Assembly: GCA_016937715.1 (NCBI GenBank)
Contig: JAFGWA010000005.1
Span: forward strand, 5,040-69,039
Reading direction: 5' to 3'
From: Candidatus Goldiibacteriota bacterium
Lineage (GTDB): Bacteria; Oederibacteriota; PGYV01
Length of the DNA stretch: 64,000 bases
This document shows positions 17,955 through 27,622 of this stretch, one piece after another. Numbering within the stretch: the stretch's first letter is position 1; every line of letters starts with the position of its first letter. Both the position numbers and the translations under genes were made by a program. The notes beneath the pieces are model-generated. The model was not told the DNA's origin. It worked only from the letters and a program-made list of their open reading frames with translations, and ran no database searches.

Positions 17955-20414
17955 TTAAATAAACAGCGTGGCGTCTGACCCGTCCGATGATTCAAGCATT
18001 GACGCGACTCCGCCTATTTCCACGCCGTCAATCAGCTCTTCTTTTTTAATCCCCATAAGGTCCATAGTCATCTGGCACGCCACTATTTTAGCGCCCCCTG
18101 CAATTGCAGCCTGAATAAGTTCTTCCACGCTGCTTATATTATGGTGTTTCATTATTCCCCTTATCATCAATGGCCCCATCCCCGCCATATTCATCTTGGA
18201 AAGGGAAAGTTTTTTGCTTCCGCGCGGCAGCATAAAACCAAAAGCTTTTTCAATAAGATTCTTTTTAAGCCCGCCGGGCTGCTTTGACTTTTTAAGGGCG
18301 TTTAATCCCCAGAACGTAAAGAACATGGTCATTTTGCGCCCCATGGAAAGCGCGCCGTTGGCAATAATAAACGACGCGATTATTTTATCCATATCGCCTG
18401 AAAATACTATCATTGTTTTATCGTGTGACGAAGCCATTGTTTTTATTACCTCCGTTTTTTCGCCGGCTTTTTCTATAACAGCGCTTATTACCCCTTTATT
18501 TGATTCAAGGGAAAATATTTTATTGCCCGTTGCGCGCGCCCATGAACCGACATCATTATAAAACCCCGGGTCTGTCGCCTTTATTTCAAGCCTGTCACCC
18601 GGTCTTATTGCGTCTATTTCGGTTTTAAGTTTCATAATAGGCCCCGGACACTGCAGCCCGCAGGCATTGACGGTAATGACTTTTGAGGAAACAATAACAT
18701 CCTCCCTGCGGTCCTGAGGTTTTAAAACTCCCATCTCCTGCTTTTCATCAAATATACCCTCATTAGACTGCTTGCCTGTTATGAAAGCATATGTAATGTA
18801 TCCGCCTGAAACGTTATATACATTATCATACCCGTTCTGCATCAGTATCCTGGCTGCAAGATATCCCCTTAACCCGACCCTGCAGTAAATCGCGGTTTTC
18901 CTGTCTTTGGGAATTTCATTCATTCTTCTGCGGATTTCATTAAGCGGTATATGTATTGCCCCGGGTATCATGCCAAGGTCAATTTCTTCCTTTTCACGCA
19001 CATCAATAATAAACCATTCATCCCCGTTTTTTACAAGCTCCCCGCAGGTTGTCTGTTTTACCCTTCCTTTAATAATATTCTCCGCTATAAAACCCGCCAT
19101 ATTAAGCGGGTCTTTGGCCGAGGAAAAAGGAGGGGCGTAACAGTGCTCAAAACTAAACAGGTCTTCTATTGTGCCGCCTTTCTGAATAAAAGCAGCGGCC
19201 ACATCAATACGCTTTTCAACGCCTTCATACCCGACCGCCTGAACGCCCAGTATTTTTCCGTCAGAAGGCGAAAACATCATCTTTAAAGACATCTGCGTGC
19301 CGTCGGGATAATAACCGGCATGGTTGTTAGGATGTATGAGAACGCTTTCATAATTTATCTTTTCACTGTCAAGCTGTTTGCTGTTAAGTCCGGTGGCGCC
19401 CGCAGTCATGTCAAATACTTTTAAAACCCCTGTCCCTATAGTGCCCCTGTACTTTGATTTATTTCCTTCCACAATATTATCAGCCACTATTCTGCCCTGT
19501 TTGTTTGCCGGGCCCGCAAGCGGAATAAATACTTTTTTACCAAGTATAGGATTTACAACTTCCACCGCGTCTCCCAAAGCGTAAATATCAGGGTCAGACG
19601 TCTGCATGTATTCATTAACTGCTATCCCCTTTACTCCCAGTTCAAGCCCGCATTCCTTTGCCAGTTTTACTTCCGGCTTTACGCCGATAGAAAATAAAAC
19701 AAAATCAGATACTATTTCCTTGCCGCTGTTTAAAACAGTTTTTATTTTTCCGGAACCTTCATTAAAAGACTTAACCCCGTCGCTAAGGTACAATTCTATT
19801 CCTTTTTGCTGTATATGCCCGTGAAGCTGGGACGCAAGTTCAAAATCCAAAAGCCCCATAACCTGCGGAAGCGCTTCCACTATGGTAACAAACATCCCCC
19901 TGTGGCTTAGATTTTCCGCCATTTCAAGGCCTATATATCCGCCCCCTACCACTACGGCTTTTTGAGGTTTATTATCACGTATATAATTGCTTATTTTATC
20001 CGTGTCTTCCATATTCCGAAGGATAAAAACTTTCCCGCTGTCAATTCCGGGAATAGGCGGTTTTACAGGTTCAGCGCCGGGAGACAGGACAAGTTTGTCA
20101 TATTTTTCAACATATTCGTTGTTTGTTTTAAGGTCTTTTACCCTTACTTCTTTTAACTTTGTATCAACCTTTAATACTTCCGAATTTATCTTTACATTTA
20201 CATTGAACCTGTCCCTGAACGATTCAGGCGTCTGTACAAGTAAATCCTGCCTTTCTGTTATTTCTCCGCCTATATAATAAGGAAGCCCGCAGTTGGCAAA
20301 AGAGACATACCCGCCCCTTTCAAATACTGTTATTTCCGCTGTTTCAGACATCCTTCTTAACCTTGCCGCCGTTGACATTCCTCCGGCAACCCCTCCGATA
20401 ATGACTATTTTCAT
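17955..20414 (-). CDS. CoA-disulfide reductase-rhodanese-TusA-DsrE fusion
   Basis: SFANCGLPY, YAPPFS, YCRVGLRG, CGLQCPGP, FFTFWG, ACQMTMDLMG. Confidence 0.93.
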   Translation of the reverse strand: MKIVIIGGVAGGMSTAARLRRMSETAEITVFERGGYVSFANCGLPYYIGGEITERQDLLVQTPESFRDRFNVNVKINSEVLKVDTKLKEVRVKDLKTNNEYVEKYDKLVLSPGAEPVKPPIPGIDSGKVFILRNMEDTDKISNYIRDNKPQKAVVVGGGYIGLEMAENLSHRGMFVTIVEALPQVMGLLDFELASQLHGHIQQKGIELYLSDGVKSFNEGSGKIKTVLNSGKEIVSDFVLFSIGVKPEVKLAKECGLELGVKGIAVNEYMQTSDPDIYALGDAVEVVNPILGKKVFIPLAGPANKQGRIVADNIVEGNKSKYRGTIGTGVLKVFDMTAGATGLNSKQLDSEKINYESVLIHPNNHAGYYPDGTQMSLKMMFSPSDGKILGVQAVGYEGVEKRIDVAAAFIQKGGTIEDLFSFEHCYAPPFSSAKDPLNMAGFIAENIIKGRVKQTTCGELVKNGDEWFIIDVREKEEIDLGMIPGAIHIPLNEIRRRMNEIPKDRKTAIYCRVGLRGYLAARILMQNGYDNVYNVSGGYITYAFITGKQSNEGIFDEKQEMGVLKPQDRREDVIVSSKVITVNACGLQCPGPIMKLKTEIDAIRPGDRLEIKATDPGFYNDVGSWARATGNKIFSLESNKGVISAVIEKAGEKTEVIKTMASSHDKTMIVFSGDMDKIIASFIIANGALSMGRKMTMFFTFWGLNALKKSKQPGGLKKNLIEKAFGFMLPRGSKKLSLSKMNMAGMGPLMIRGIMKHHNISSVEELIQAAIAGGAKIVACQMTMDLMGIKKEELIDGVEIGGVASMLESSDGSDATLFI

Positions 20415-20755
20415 GGTTTTAACCTCCTGTTAATATTTTTTCTGCCTTTTTCATAAATGTTTTTTTTGCGTTCAAGCGTTGACATGGTGATTTCGCCCAT
20501 CATCATGCACACTTTTGGAATTCTTTCATCCGCTATGGAATAAAAAACGCTCTGCCCCTGTTTTCTTGATAAAACAATGCCTTTATTTGAAAGAACGGAC
20601 ATATGCTGCGAAAGGTTTGCCTTTCCCAAACCGGTTTGCTTTATAATCTGGGACGCGCTTTGTTCCTTTACGCAGAGAAGCTTAATAATTTTAAGCCTGT
20701 TGGGATTTGAAAAAGTTTTGCAGATTTCAGACTGCGCTTTAATCAATTCTTCCAT
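20411..20755 (-). CDS. ArsR/SmtB-family repressor
   Basis: NPNRLKI, LSQHM.VL...G.V..RK.G..V.Y. Confidence 0.92.
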   Translation of the reverse strand: MEELIKAQSEICKTFSNPNRLKIIKLLCVKEQSASQIIKQTGLGKANLSQHMSVLSNKGIVLSRKQGQSVFYSIADERIPKVCMMMGEITMSTLERKKNIYEKGRKNINRRLKP

Positions 20756-20778
20756 AACATTACCGCCTTTTTCGTTTG

Positions 20779-20838
20779 TTTAGTAGTTAACAAATTTATT
20801 AACTGTTAAACTATATCAGACGTTTTAACCCGTGTCAA
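20779..20838 (-). promoter_or_regulatory. Promoter with probable ArsR operator
   Basis: TTGACA-N17-TATAGT; imperfect 16-16 inverted repeat at 20779-20810 over the start site. Confidence 0.7.
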
Positions 20839-20846
20839 GCCGGCTT

Positions 20847-21155
20847 TTATCCTTTTATCATCACAAGCATCATTTTAAATTTCTCCGCCGCTTTAAGGGA
20901 GTGCGGAATATCGGCGGGCATTATGATTGATTCCCCCGCTTTAAGATTTACCTGATTGCCGCCTATCTTTATTTGCGCTTCCCCTTCCGTTACATTTACC
21001 AGCGCGTCAAAAGGCGCGGTATGTTCAGACAGCCCCTGCCCTTTGTCAAAGGCAAACAGCGTTACGGTCCCGCTCTGCTTGTCTATTAAAGTCTTTGAAA
21101 CAACAGCGCCTTCGCCGTATTTAACAGACACGTTTAAATTAAATTTTTCAGCCAT
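20847..21155 (-). CDS. Cupin-domain protein
   Basis: TLFAFDKGQGLSEHTAPFDA, MPA.IPH. Confidence 0.9.
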   Translation of the reverse strand: MAEKFNLNVSVKYGEGAVVSKTLIDKQSGTVTLFAFDKGQGLSEHTAPFDALVNVTEGEAQIKIGGNQVNLKAGESIIMPADIPHSLKAAEKFKMMLVMIKG

Positions 21156-21172
21156 GATACGCCTCCTGTTTT

Positions 21173-22219
21173 TCAAAAACAGATATTATTTTTCTTCTTA
21201 ACGCATGTTTTATTGCACTGATAACATATTTCATTTGTCAGGGTGTGTTTCTCAAAATACTCTTTTATATTGCCAAGTGTGGTATCCGCAATATTTTCAA
21301 CCGCTTCTTTTGTAAAAAACGCCTGGTGCGAAGTGATGATGACATTGGGGAAAGTTAAAAGCCGCGCCAGTACGTCATCACTTAACACCCTGCCGGAAAA
21401 ATCTTCAAAGAAATACTTATCTTCTTCTTCATACACATCAAGCCCCGCGTACCCTATCCTGCCGCTCTTTAATCCGCTGATTAAAGCTTTCGCGTCTATA
21501 AGGCTTCCGCGGCCGGTGTTTATTATCATCACGCCCTTTTTCATCTTTTTGATACTCTGCGTGTTTATCATATGAAAGGTGTCTTTGTTTAAAGGGCAGT
21601 GAAGGGTGGTAATATCAGCTTCTTTATAAATTTTATCCAGAGAAGCGTACTCTATCTTATTTTCAGCGGCGTACTTTTTATCCGGGAAAGAGTCATAGGC
21701 AACCACCTTAACGCCGAACCCTTTAAGTATGTTAATCATCTCCCTGCCTATTTTACCGGTGCCAATTACACCCGCTGTTTTTCCCTTCATGTCAAATCCT
21801 AAAAGCCCGTTTATGGAAAAATTGCCGTCGCGCGTCCTGAAGTATGCTTTATGCACTTTTCTATTAAGGGTCATCATAAGGGCGGCCGCGTGTTCCGCCA
21901 CCGCGTTTGGCGAATATGCGGGAACCCTTGCCACATGAAGGGTATTAAAAGAAGCTTTTAAGTCCACATTATTATAACCGGCGCACCTTAGGGCAATTAG
22001 CTTTACCCCCTGCTTTTTTAGTTCCGCAATTACGGGGGCGTCAATAGTGTCATTGACAAAAGCGCAGACAACATCAGCCGTGCCTGCCATAAAAGCAGTC
22101 TCTTTATTAAGGTGCGGCGGAAGATATTTAATAGTGTACCCGTATTTCTTATTAACGTGGTCAAAATTTACAATGTCATAAGGCTTTGCGTCAAAGAAAG
22201 CCACTTTTATCTTTTTCAT
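21173..22219 (-). CDS. ldhA: D-lactate dehydrogenase (D-2-hydroxyacid dehydrogenase)
   Basis: LRCAGYNNVD, VPAYSP.AVAEH, GTGKIG, LDVYEEE, TSHQAF. Confidence 0.9.
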   Translation of the reverse strand: MKKIKVAFFDAKPYDIVNFDHVNKKYGYTIKYLPPHLNKETAFMAGTADVVCAFVNDTIDAPVIAELKKQGVKLIALRCAGYNNVDLKASFNTLHVARVPAYSPNAVAEHAAALMMTLNRKVHKAYFRTRDGNFSINGLLGFDMKGKTAGVIGTGKIGREMINILKGFGVKVVAYDSFPDKKYAAENKIEYASLDKIYKEADITTLHCPLNKDTFHMINTQSIKKMKKGVMIINTGRGSLIDAKALISGLKSGRIGYAGLDVYEEEDKYFFEDFSGRVLSDDVLARLLTFPNVIITSHQAFFTKEAVENIADTTLGNIKEYFEKHTLTNEICYQCNKTCVKKKNNICF

Positions 22220-22279
22220 ATTATTCCCTCCTTAACATGTATTAATTATATCATAAGCAATTTACGCTTTCGTCTTATA

Positions 22280-22298
22280 TATCACTTATTTAGTGATA
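22280..22298. promoter_or_regulatory. Palindromic operator TATCAC-N7-GTGATA upstream of ldhA
   Basis: TATCACTTATTTAGTGATA, about 30 bp upstream of an extended -10 (TGaTATAAT, 22245-22253). Confidence 0.65.
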
Positions 22299-22309
22299 TA
22301 TTGACCGCT

Positions 22310-22335
22310 AAAAAAAGCCGTTTTCACGGCTTTTT
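22310..22335 (-). terminator. Intrinsic (bidirectional) terminator
   Basis: AAAAAAAGCCG-TTTTCA-CGGCTTTTT. Confidence 0.8.
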
Positions 22336-22464
22336 ATTTTTAAGAAGGGAGCAGGCTGATAAAGGGGTTTGGGAGGGGTATTATCGTAGATACCTGCTCC
22401 CCGTCTTATTGTTATCGTTTTAGTGTGTACCTTTTTAAAGAACCGTTTATGTATCACCTTCTTA
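22310..22464 (-). ncRNA. Candidate ~155-nt sRNA or leader with a C-rich-loop hairpin
   Basis: Promoter at 22471-22498, hairpin GGGAGCAGG/CCUGCUCCC with loop CCCCUCCCAAACCCC, terminator; no ATG ORF seen. Confidence 0.55.
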
Positions 22465-22498
22465 GTGATAATTATACTGATAAAATCAAAAAAGTCAA
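22452..22498 (-). promoter_or_regulatory. Sigma70 promoter plus TATCAC-N7-GTGATA operator over the start site
   Basis: TTGACT-N16-TATAAT immediately followed by the palindrome. Confidence 0.72.
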
Positions 22499-22833
22499 GA
22501 TTTTTTTAAAATTAATTTTTCAAAGTAAATAAATGCTGTCAAAGATAAAAGTTATAAGCAAGACCTGAGCCCTTTACTTATTTTTTTGGTCTTTTTACCT
22601 GGTAGGAAAGCAACTATTATACAGCGAGAAAACCCTCTTTCTTAATTCACACTCTTTAGTTTACAATAACCCTGTTGACACCCTGTTGTTCAAACCTTGC
22701 CATTTACAATTCTAAATGCTAATATCAATTATATAGCTTAAAAAGTAAGTGATTCATGATTTTGGTAATTAGCACCGAAAGTTTTAACTATTAAAGTGTC
22801 AAAATGTCGAGGTGATTAGTTACGGAACTAATT

Positions 22834-23190
22834 GTGTTGATAATATTGTTATCATTGTGGGCAAAGAACCGTAAAGATAAAGAAAACGAGAAGACAATAG
22901 CTTTAAAAAAATCTTTTTTTGAAGTCTTGGTATTCTCTTTAATACTATATTTTTTGATGATTGGTTTTATGATCCTTTTTGGAATACAATCTAGACCTTA
23001 CATCTTTATATTGATTTTATCTTTTATATACTTTATTCGTTTTAAAAAATTAGAAAAGATTTCAAAAGCCGAGAACAAATTAGCAGCATGTAAGATATAT
23101 GAAAAAGTAAATATTCTTTTCATTCTATATATATTATTTGTTTTACTTGCAATTATTGGAATCCTTATATCTGCCGTTTTAAGTTCTTAA
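22834..23190 (+). CDS. AT-rich small membrane protein
   Basis: Several hydrophobic helices; SD GAGGTG precedes an in-frame ACG at 22822. Confidence 0.55.
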   Translation: MLIILLSLWAKNRKDKENEKTIALKKSFFEVLVFSLILYFLMIGFMILFGIQSRPYIFILILSFIYFIRFKKLEKISKAENKLAACKIYEKVNILFILYILFVLLAIIGILISAVLSS

Positions 23191-23397
23191 GTTGATTAGC
23201 AACAGTTTTAGGATTTTGATAACCATACCCCTTTTTCCGGATCACTCATAGTTAAAGTTCAAAAATCAAACAAAACACTAAAAAATTTAGATTATATTTA
23301 CTTAATTAGCACGTCCCCTGCGAGAAAAGAAAATCTATGGAACAAAGTACCTCGACTAAAACCTGCGACTACAATAACTTATTTGCAAAAGAATACC

Positions 23398-24057
23398 TTA
23401 TTTAAACACATGCCCTGCTTCACGGAACCATAACGTTAAATCAAGGCCGTCCATCGGGATTTTTATCTTTTTGGAAAATTTTTTCATCTTCTGTTCTGTC
23501 TCAAGGTACTTCGCGTTTGTCAGGCTTTCAGGAATCGCGGGTATTACCCCCATCCTGACAAGGTTCCTTAATATGTGCCTGTCTAAAATGGCAATGTCAT
23601 CGCCGAAACCGATATTTCTTAAAAAATGGCTGGCTTCCTTATAACCGTAACCTTTAATTTTTTTCACAAGCCATTCGCGCATTTCATACGGGTCTTTGAA
23701 CTCTGACAGGAACTCTTTAATTATAAACTTCCCGTTCTTTACGAATTTGTCCCTTGCTTCGCAGGCATATACCGCTTTTTTGTTCTTGAACCTGACGCCG
23801 TTAATTTCTTTAAGCTGCAGAAGCTGCGCCGGCGTGGCGTTTAAGAGAAGTTTTTTCTCCAGTATTTTTTCCACGCACGCCCAACAGTTAACCGCCTTTG
23901 ACTGCGGCGTGAATATGCAGAAAATCATTTCATGCATTATGTCACGCGATGTTCCGTTTTTCCACTTGCTCCTGAAACTTTCAAGGGCGCGGCCTATTGT
24001 ATTCTTCTGTGATACATATATTTTTTTTACAGCGTTTATTTCTGACGCATATGACAT
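23398..24057 (-). CDS. ogg: 8-oxoguanine DNA glycosylase/AP lyase (archaeal/Thermotoga type)
   Basis: FCI.TPQ, VRF.N.KA, KG.GYKEASHFLRN.G, ILDRHI, LDL.LW. Confidence 0.9.
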   Translation of the reverse strand: MSYASEINAVKKIYVSQKNTIGRALESFRSKWKNGTSRDIMHEMIFCIFTPQSKAVNCWACVEKILEKKLLLNATPAQLLQLKEINGVRFKNKKAVYACEARDKFVKNGKFIIKEFLSEFKDPYEMREWLVKKIKGYGYKEASHFLRNIGFGDDIAILDRHILRNLVRMGVIPAIPESLTNAKYLETEQKMKKFSKKIKIPMDGLDLTLWFREAGHVFK

Positions 24058-24073
24058 TCAGGCCGTTCTCCTG

Positions 24074-25249
24074 TTAAAAGGCGTTATTTAAAATTTCTTC
24101 CAGTTCTTTTCTGTCTTTTATCGGGGCAGGCACTCCCGCCACTTCTACAACCTTGTCCGCTATTGTTTTAAGTTCTTCCTGCTGTATGCCAAGGTCCTTA
24201 AGGTTGTCTTTTAAACCAATCTCTGTCATAAATGCTTTTAAACGGTCTATCGTATATGGTATTTTCATTTTATCATCAACGTCTTCCGGAATACCAAACA
24301 CACGCTGCCCAAATTGAATCACCCTGTCAGGCCTTAACCTTTCAAGAAACTGAAGATACGACGGCAGTATTGCCGCTATTCCGGCGCCGTGCGCTATTTC
24401 ATCATGCAATGCCGATATTGCGTGTTCAATAGGATGCACTGTCCAGTTGCCCGCGCGCCCGGCATTTGGCACGCCCATAAGCGCGACCGTGCTGGATAAT
24501 GAGATATCCGCGCGCAATACAGGATTTTTTAAATCTTTCATTAATTTCGTGCCGCTTTCAACGCAGGTTAACATCACGCCTTCCGTAATCCTGTCCTGCA
24601 GGGCGCAGTTTTCATCGCCTGTCAGATACTCTTCAAGCACGTGCATGATTATATCTATTATGCCTTCGGCTGTCTGCTTTGCCGGAACTGTTGTTGTAAG
24701 CAGGGGGTCTACAATAGAAACTTTTGGATACAAAAATTCCGGATTATATAAGCCCTGTTTCTGCCCTGTTTCCGGGTTTGAAAAAACAGCGGCCGGATTG
24801 CCTTCTGACCCTGTCGCCGCAAGTGTGGGTATAAGCATAAGCGGAAGCGCTTTTTCTATTTTATCCGCGCCTTTTTCAGGAATATAAACAAAATCCCAGA
24901 TGCTTTTTTTATTTGCCGCAGCCACGCACACGCCTTTTGCAGCATCCATAGCCGACCCGCCGCCAAGCCCTATTACCATATCGCAGTTTTCCGCTATTGC
25001 CAGCTCCGCGGCTTCATCCACTTCATTTACTTTTGGGTTAGGCGTCACATACGCGTAAACCACAAATCCAACGCCTGCTTTTTCAAGTGATTTCTGAACA
25101 GCATCAAGAAGCCCGGATGTTTTAACCGATTTTTTACCGGTGACAATTACGGCTTTTTTCCCAAGGTGTTTTGCTTCCGCACCGACGGAGTTAATTTCCC
25201 CCGCGCCAAATACAATTTTTACCGGATTTGCGAATGTCAAATTTTTCAT
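24074..25249 (-). CDS. Iron-containing alcohol dehydrogenase (Bdh-like)
   Basis: GGGSAMDAAK, PTLAATGSE, H.IEH, HGAG. Confidence 0.92.
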   Translation of the reverse strand: MKNLTFANPVKIVFGAGEINSVGAEAKHLGKKAVIVTGKKSVKTSGLLDAVQKSLEKAGVGFVVYAYVTPNPKVNEVDEAAELAIAENCDMVIGLGGGSAMDAAKGVCVAAANKKSIWDFVYIPEKGADKIEKALPLMLIPTLAATGSEGNPAAVFSNPETGQKQGLYNPEFLYPKVSIVDPLLTTTVPAKQTAEGIIDIIMHVLEEYLTGDENCALQDRITEGVMLTCVESGTKLMKDLKNPVLRADISLSSTVALMGVPNAGRAGNWTVHPIEHAISALHDEIAHGAGIAAILPSYLQFLERLRPDRVIQFGQRVFGIPEDVDDKMKIPYTIDRLKAFMTEIGLKDNLKDLGIQQEELKTIADKVVEVAGVPAPIKDRKELEEILNNAF

Positions 25250-25440
25250 TTTTTCCTCCACGTTTTTATTTTTACGTTAAAATACTAACATATAACGGTT
25301 ATTAAATCAAAGCACAAAGATTATTTTAAAAATATCCGGTTTTAGAAATAGTTTTATATTTATTGCTTCCTGTTTTTATGATTCATATAAAGCAACACTC
25401 AGACTGCACCTTGTCTTTGGTATGACTAACATTCATCTTT

Positions 25441-26388
25441 TTATTTGCTTCCAATCCACTCAAAAACCTCTTTATCCCACAATCCTTCATCCGACTGCAT
25501 AAAAGACAAATGCCCGGCTTTTGAAAATATAACAAGTTTCTTTTTCCCTTTTAAACTGTCATTAAGCAGTTCTGCCTGAGTGATTGATACCCTTTTATCC
25601 AGACTTCCATGAAGGATAAGAACCGGAACATTAACATTTTTTGCAAGTTCAGCCGGGTTAAAAGTAAATCCATTGTAACCTGATACAACACTGCCCCAAA
25701 ACACAAATATTTCCGCAAGCGGCCACGAAGGAATATTCATAAGGTCGAATCTGCGCCTTACTGTATCCAAAAGCCCTGCAAAAGGACTTTCAATTATCAT
25801 GGATTTAGGTTTTATACCGTATACGTTTATTGCCATTATTGATGCCGCACTTCCCATCGAAACTGCAAATAAATATATATTTTTATATCCAAGTTCCACC
25901 GCCTTTTTATAAGCAGCTTTTACATCATCCGCTTCATGATACCCTACGCTTGTTGAATTACCCGCAGAACCGCCGCTGCCGTAAAAATCCACAAGCATCA
26001 CATTATAACCCTTAGAAACAAACTTTAAAGCTTCCGGGATAAGCTGAGTCTTGCTTTCCGCATAACCATGGAACATAAGTACAATTTCATCTTTTTTTAA
26101 GCCTTTCAAAAGCCAAGCTTCAAGAACTGTATTATTATACCCGGAAAACTTAAGAACTTCGTATTTTATTGATAAAGGAACTCTTTCATTCGGCGGCTTC
26201 GGCACTTCAATACCTGTAAGTAATATTTTAAATTTATCTAAACCCGTTAAAGACTCCGGCTTAGGCGGTTTGTTACCAGAGTCTGTAAAATGGGTCATCT
26301 TATAAGAATGCATGATCGCAAAAATATTCAGCAGTAAAAACAAAACAAAAACAACCATAAGAACAAATCCTTTCTTTGTTTGCTTCAT
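25441..26388 (-). CDS. Membrane-anchored alpha/beta hydrolase
   Basis: FHGY, xxSMG nucleophile elbow, LHG.LD, GH. Confidence 0.85.
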   Translation of the reverse strand: MKQTKKGFVLMVVFVLFLLLNIFAIMHSYKMTHFTDSGNKPPKPESLTGLDKFKILLTGIEVPKPPNERVPLSIKYEVLKFSGYNNTVLEAWLLKGLKKDEIVLMFHGYAESKTQLIPEALKFVSKGYNVMLVDFYGSGGSAGNSTSVGYHEADDVKAAYKKAVELGYKNIYLFAVSMGSAASIMAINVYGIKPKSMIIESPFAGLLDTVRRRFDLMNIPSWPLAEIFVFWGSVVSGYNGFTFNPAELAKNVNVPVLILHGSLDKRVSITQAELLNDSLKGKKKLVIFSKAGHLSFMQSDEGLWDKEVFEWIGSK

Positions 26389-26463
26389 TTATTCTCCCTA
26401 TTTATTTTACATAAATAAATACAGCAGACACATATTTCCGACATCATACGTTTAATAAATATA

Positions 26464-27111
26464 TTAACAACTTTTTATCATCCCCTGCAGAGATTTGACT
26501 TTTGTGGTGATGTTATCGGCCTGCGTTATTTCCGTTACCATCGCAATCCTTTTTGCTCCCGCTTTAACAAGCTGCGGGATGTGGTGTTCTTTAATCCCGC
26601 CCATGACGGTAAACGGAATATTAATTTTTTTGGAGATTTTCTTTAATGTTTCAATACCAAGCGGGGCCATTAAATTTTCTTTTGTCTTTGTGGCAAATAT
26701 TGGCCCTATGTTTATATAATCCGCGCCGTCTTTTTGCGCCTGCAGCGCCTCTTTTAAATTATGCGTTGATACCCCTATTATGAGACCGGGCGCAAGTTTC
26801 TTTGCCTCTTTGCATGGGATGTCATCCTGCCCAAGGTGAACACCGTCTGCTTTGCATATAAGGGCTATATCTATGTGGTCATTAATGATAAGCAGGGCTT
26901 TATATTTGTTTGTCAGTTTTCTGAATTCAAGGGCCATTTGTAGAATTCTGCCTTTATGGTACTCCTTTTCCCTTAACTGCACAATCTTCGCGCCGCCCTT
27001 TAAAACCTTTTCAAGCGTTTTAACGGATGAACCGTTGGAACAGAATTTTTCTGTTATAACGGAATATATGCCAAAAGGCGGGCTGTTAAGTTTTGCTGTG
27101 GGGCTTTTCAT
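26464..27111 (-). CDS. thiE: Thiamine-phosphate synthase
   Basis: VQLREK, IINDH, GVHLGQDD, G.STH, GPIFAT.TK. Confidence 0.95.
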   Translation of the reverse strand: MKSPTAKLNSPPFGIYSVITEKFCSNGSSVKTLEKVLKGGAKIVQLREKEYHKGRILQMALEFRKLTNKYKALLIINDHIDIALICKADGVHLGQDDIPCKEAKKLAPGLIIGVSTHNLKEALQAQKDGADYINIGPIFATKTKENLMAPLGIETLKKISKKINIPFTVMGGIKEHHIPQLVKAGAKRIAMVTEITQADNITTKVKSLQGMIKSC

Positions 27112-27231
27112 TGTTTCTCCTTTTAATTAGTTTATCTCATAACCTTCTATCCCATATCCCATAAATAAAACATATATATGTAACATTTTAAGCCTCTACT
27201 ATTATAAAACAAAAAAATAATTCAAATACCC

Positions 27232-27417
27232 GGACAGCGCAGGAGCGCTGTCCCTACAAAAACACAACCAACTGCCGCGGGCTGAAGACCCGCGTCTATC
27301 CCGCCTGCTTCAGCTCGCAAGCTCGCTTCATTGCCGGGATTTCCGCTTCGCAGGCTCGCTCCAACCAGATCTAAACCGACCTTCCAAGCATCCAACCTTC
27401 CAAGCATCCAAGCATCT
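27232..27417 (-). repeat. Composite repeat: two GTAG-REP-like hairpins plus octamer array between thiS and thiE
   Basis: 27232-27257, 27271-27300 (GATAG variant), GATGCTTG-type array at 27382-27417. Confidence 0.75.
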
Positions 27418-27421
27418 ACCA

Positions 27422-27622
27422 CTATCCTCCCCCTACAAACCTTACAATTTCCACCTTATCGCCGTGGTTAATGTTTCTGCTTTCAAAATTATCCCTTGCA
27501 ATTATCTCGCCGTTTAATTCCACGACGGTCATGCCCTGTTTTAATCCAAGCGAGACAAGCAGCGCGGATACTGTCATGGTGCTTTCAAATTCTTTTTCAG
27601 CGCCGTTAATTATTGCTTTCAT
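27422..27622 (-). CDS. thiS: Sulfur carrier ThiS
   Basis: VELNGEII, GDKVEIVRFVGGG C-terminus. Confidence 0.95.
   Translation of the reverse strand: MKAIINGAEKEFESTMTVSALLVSLGLKQGMTVVELNGEIIARDNFESRNINHGDKVEIVRFVGGG

Noticed and set aside
23398-24057. Archaeal-type Ogg as a novelty
   Set aside because: This family is already known in Thermotoga and other anaerobic bacteria.
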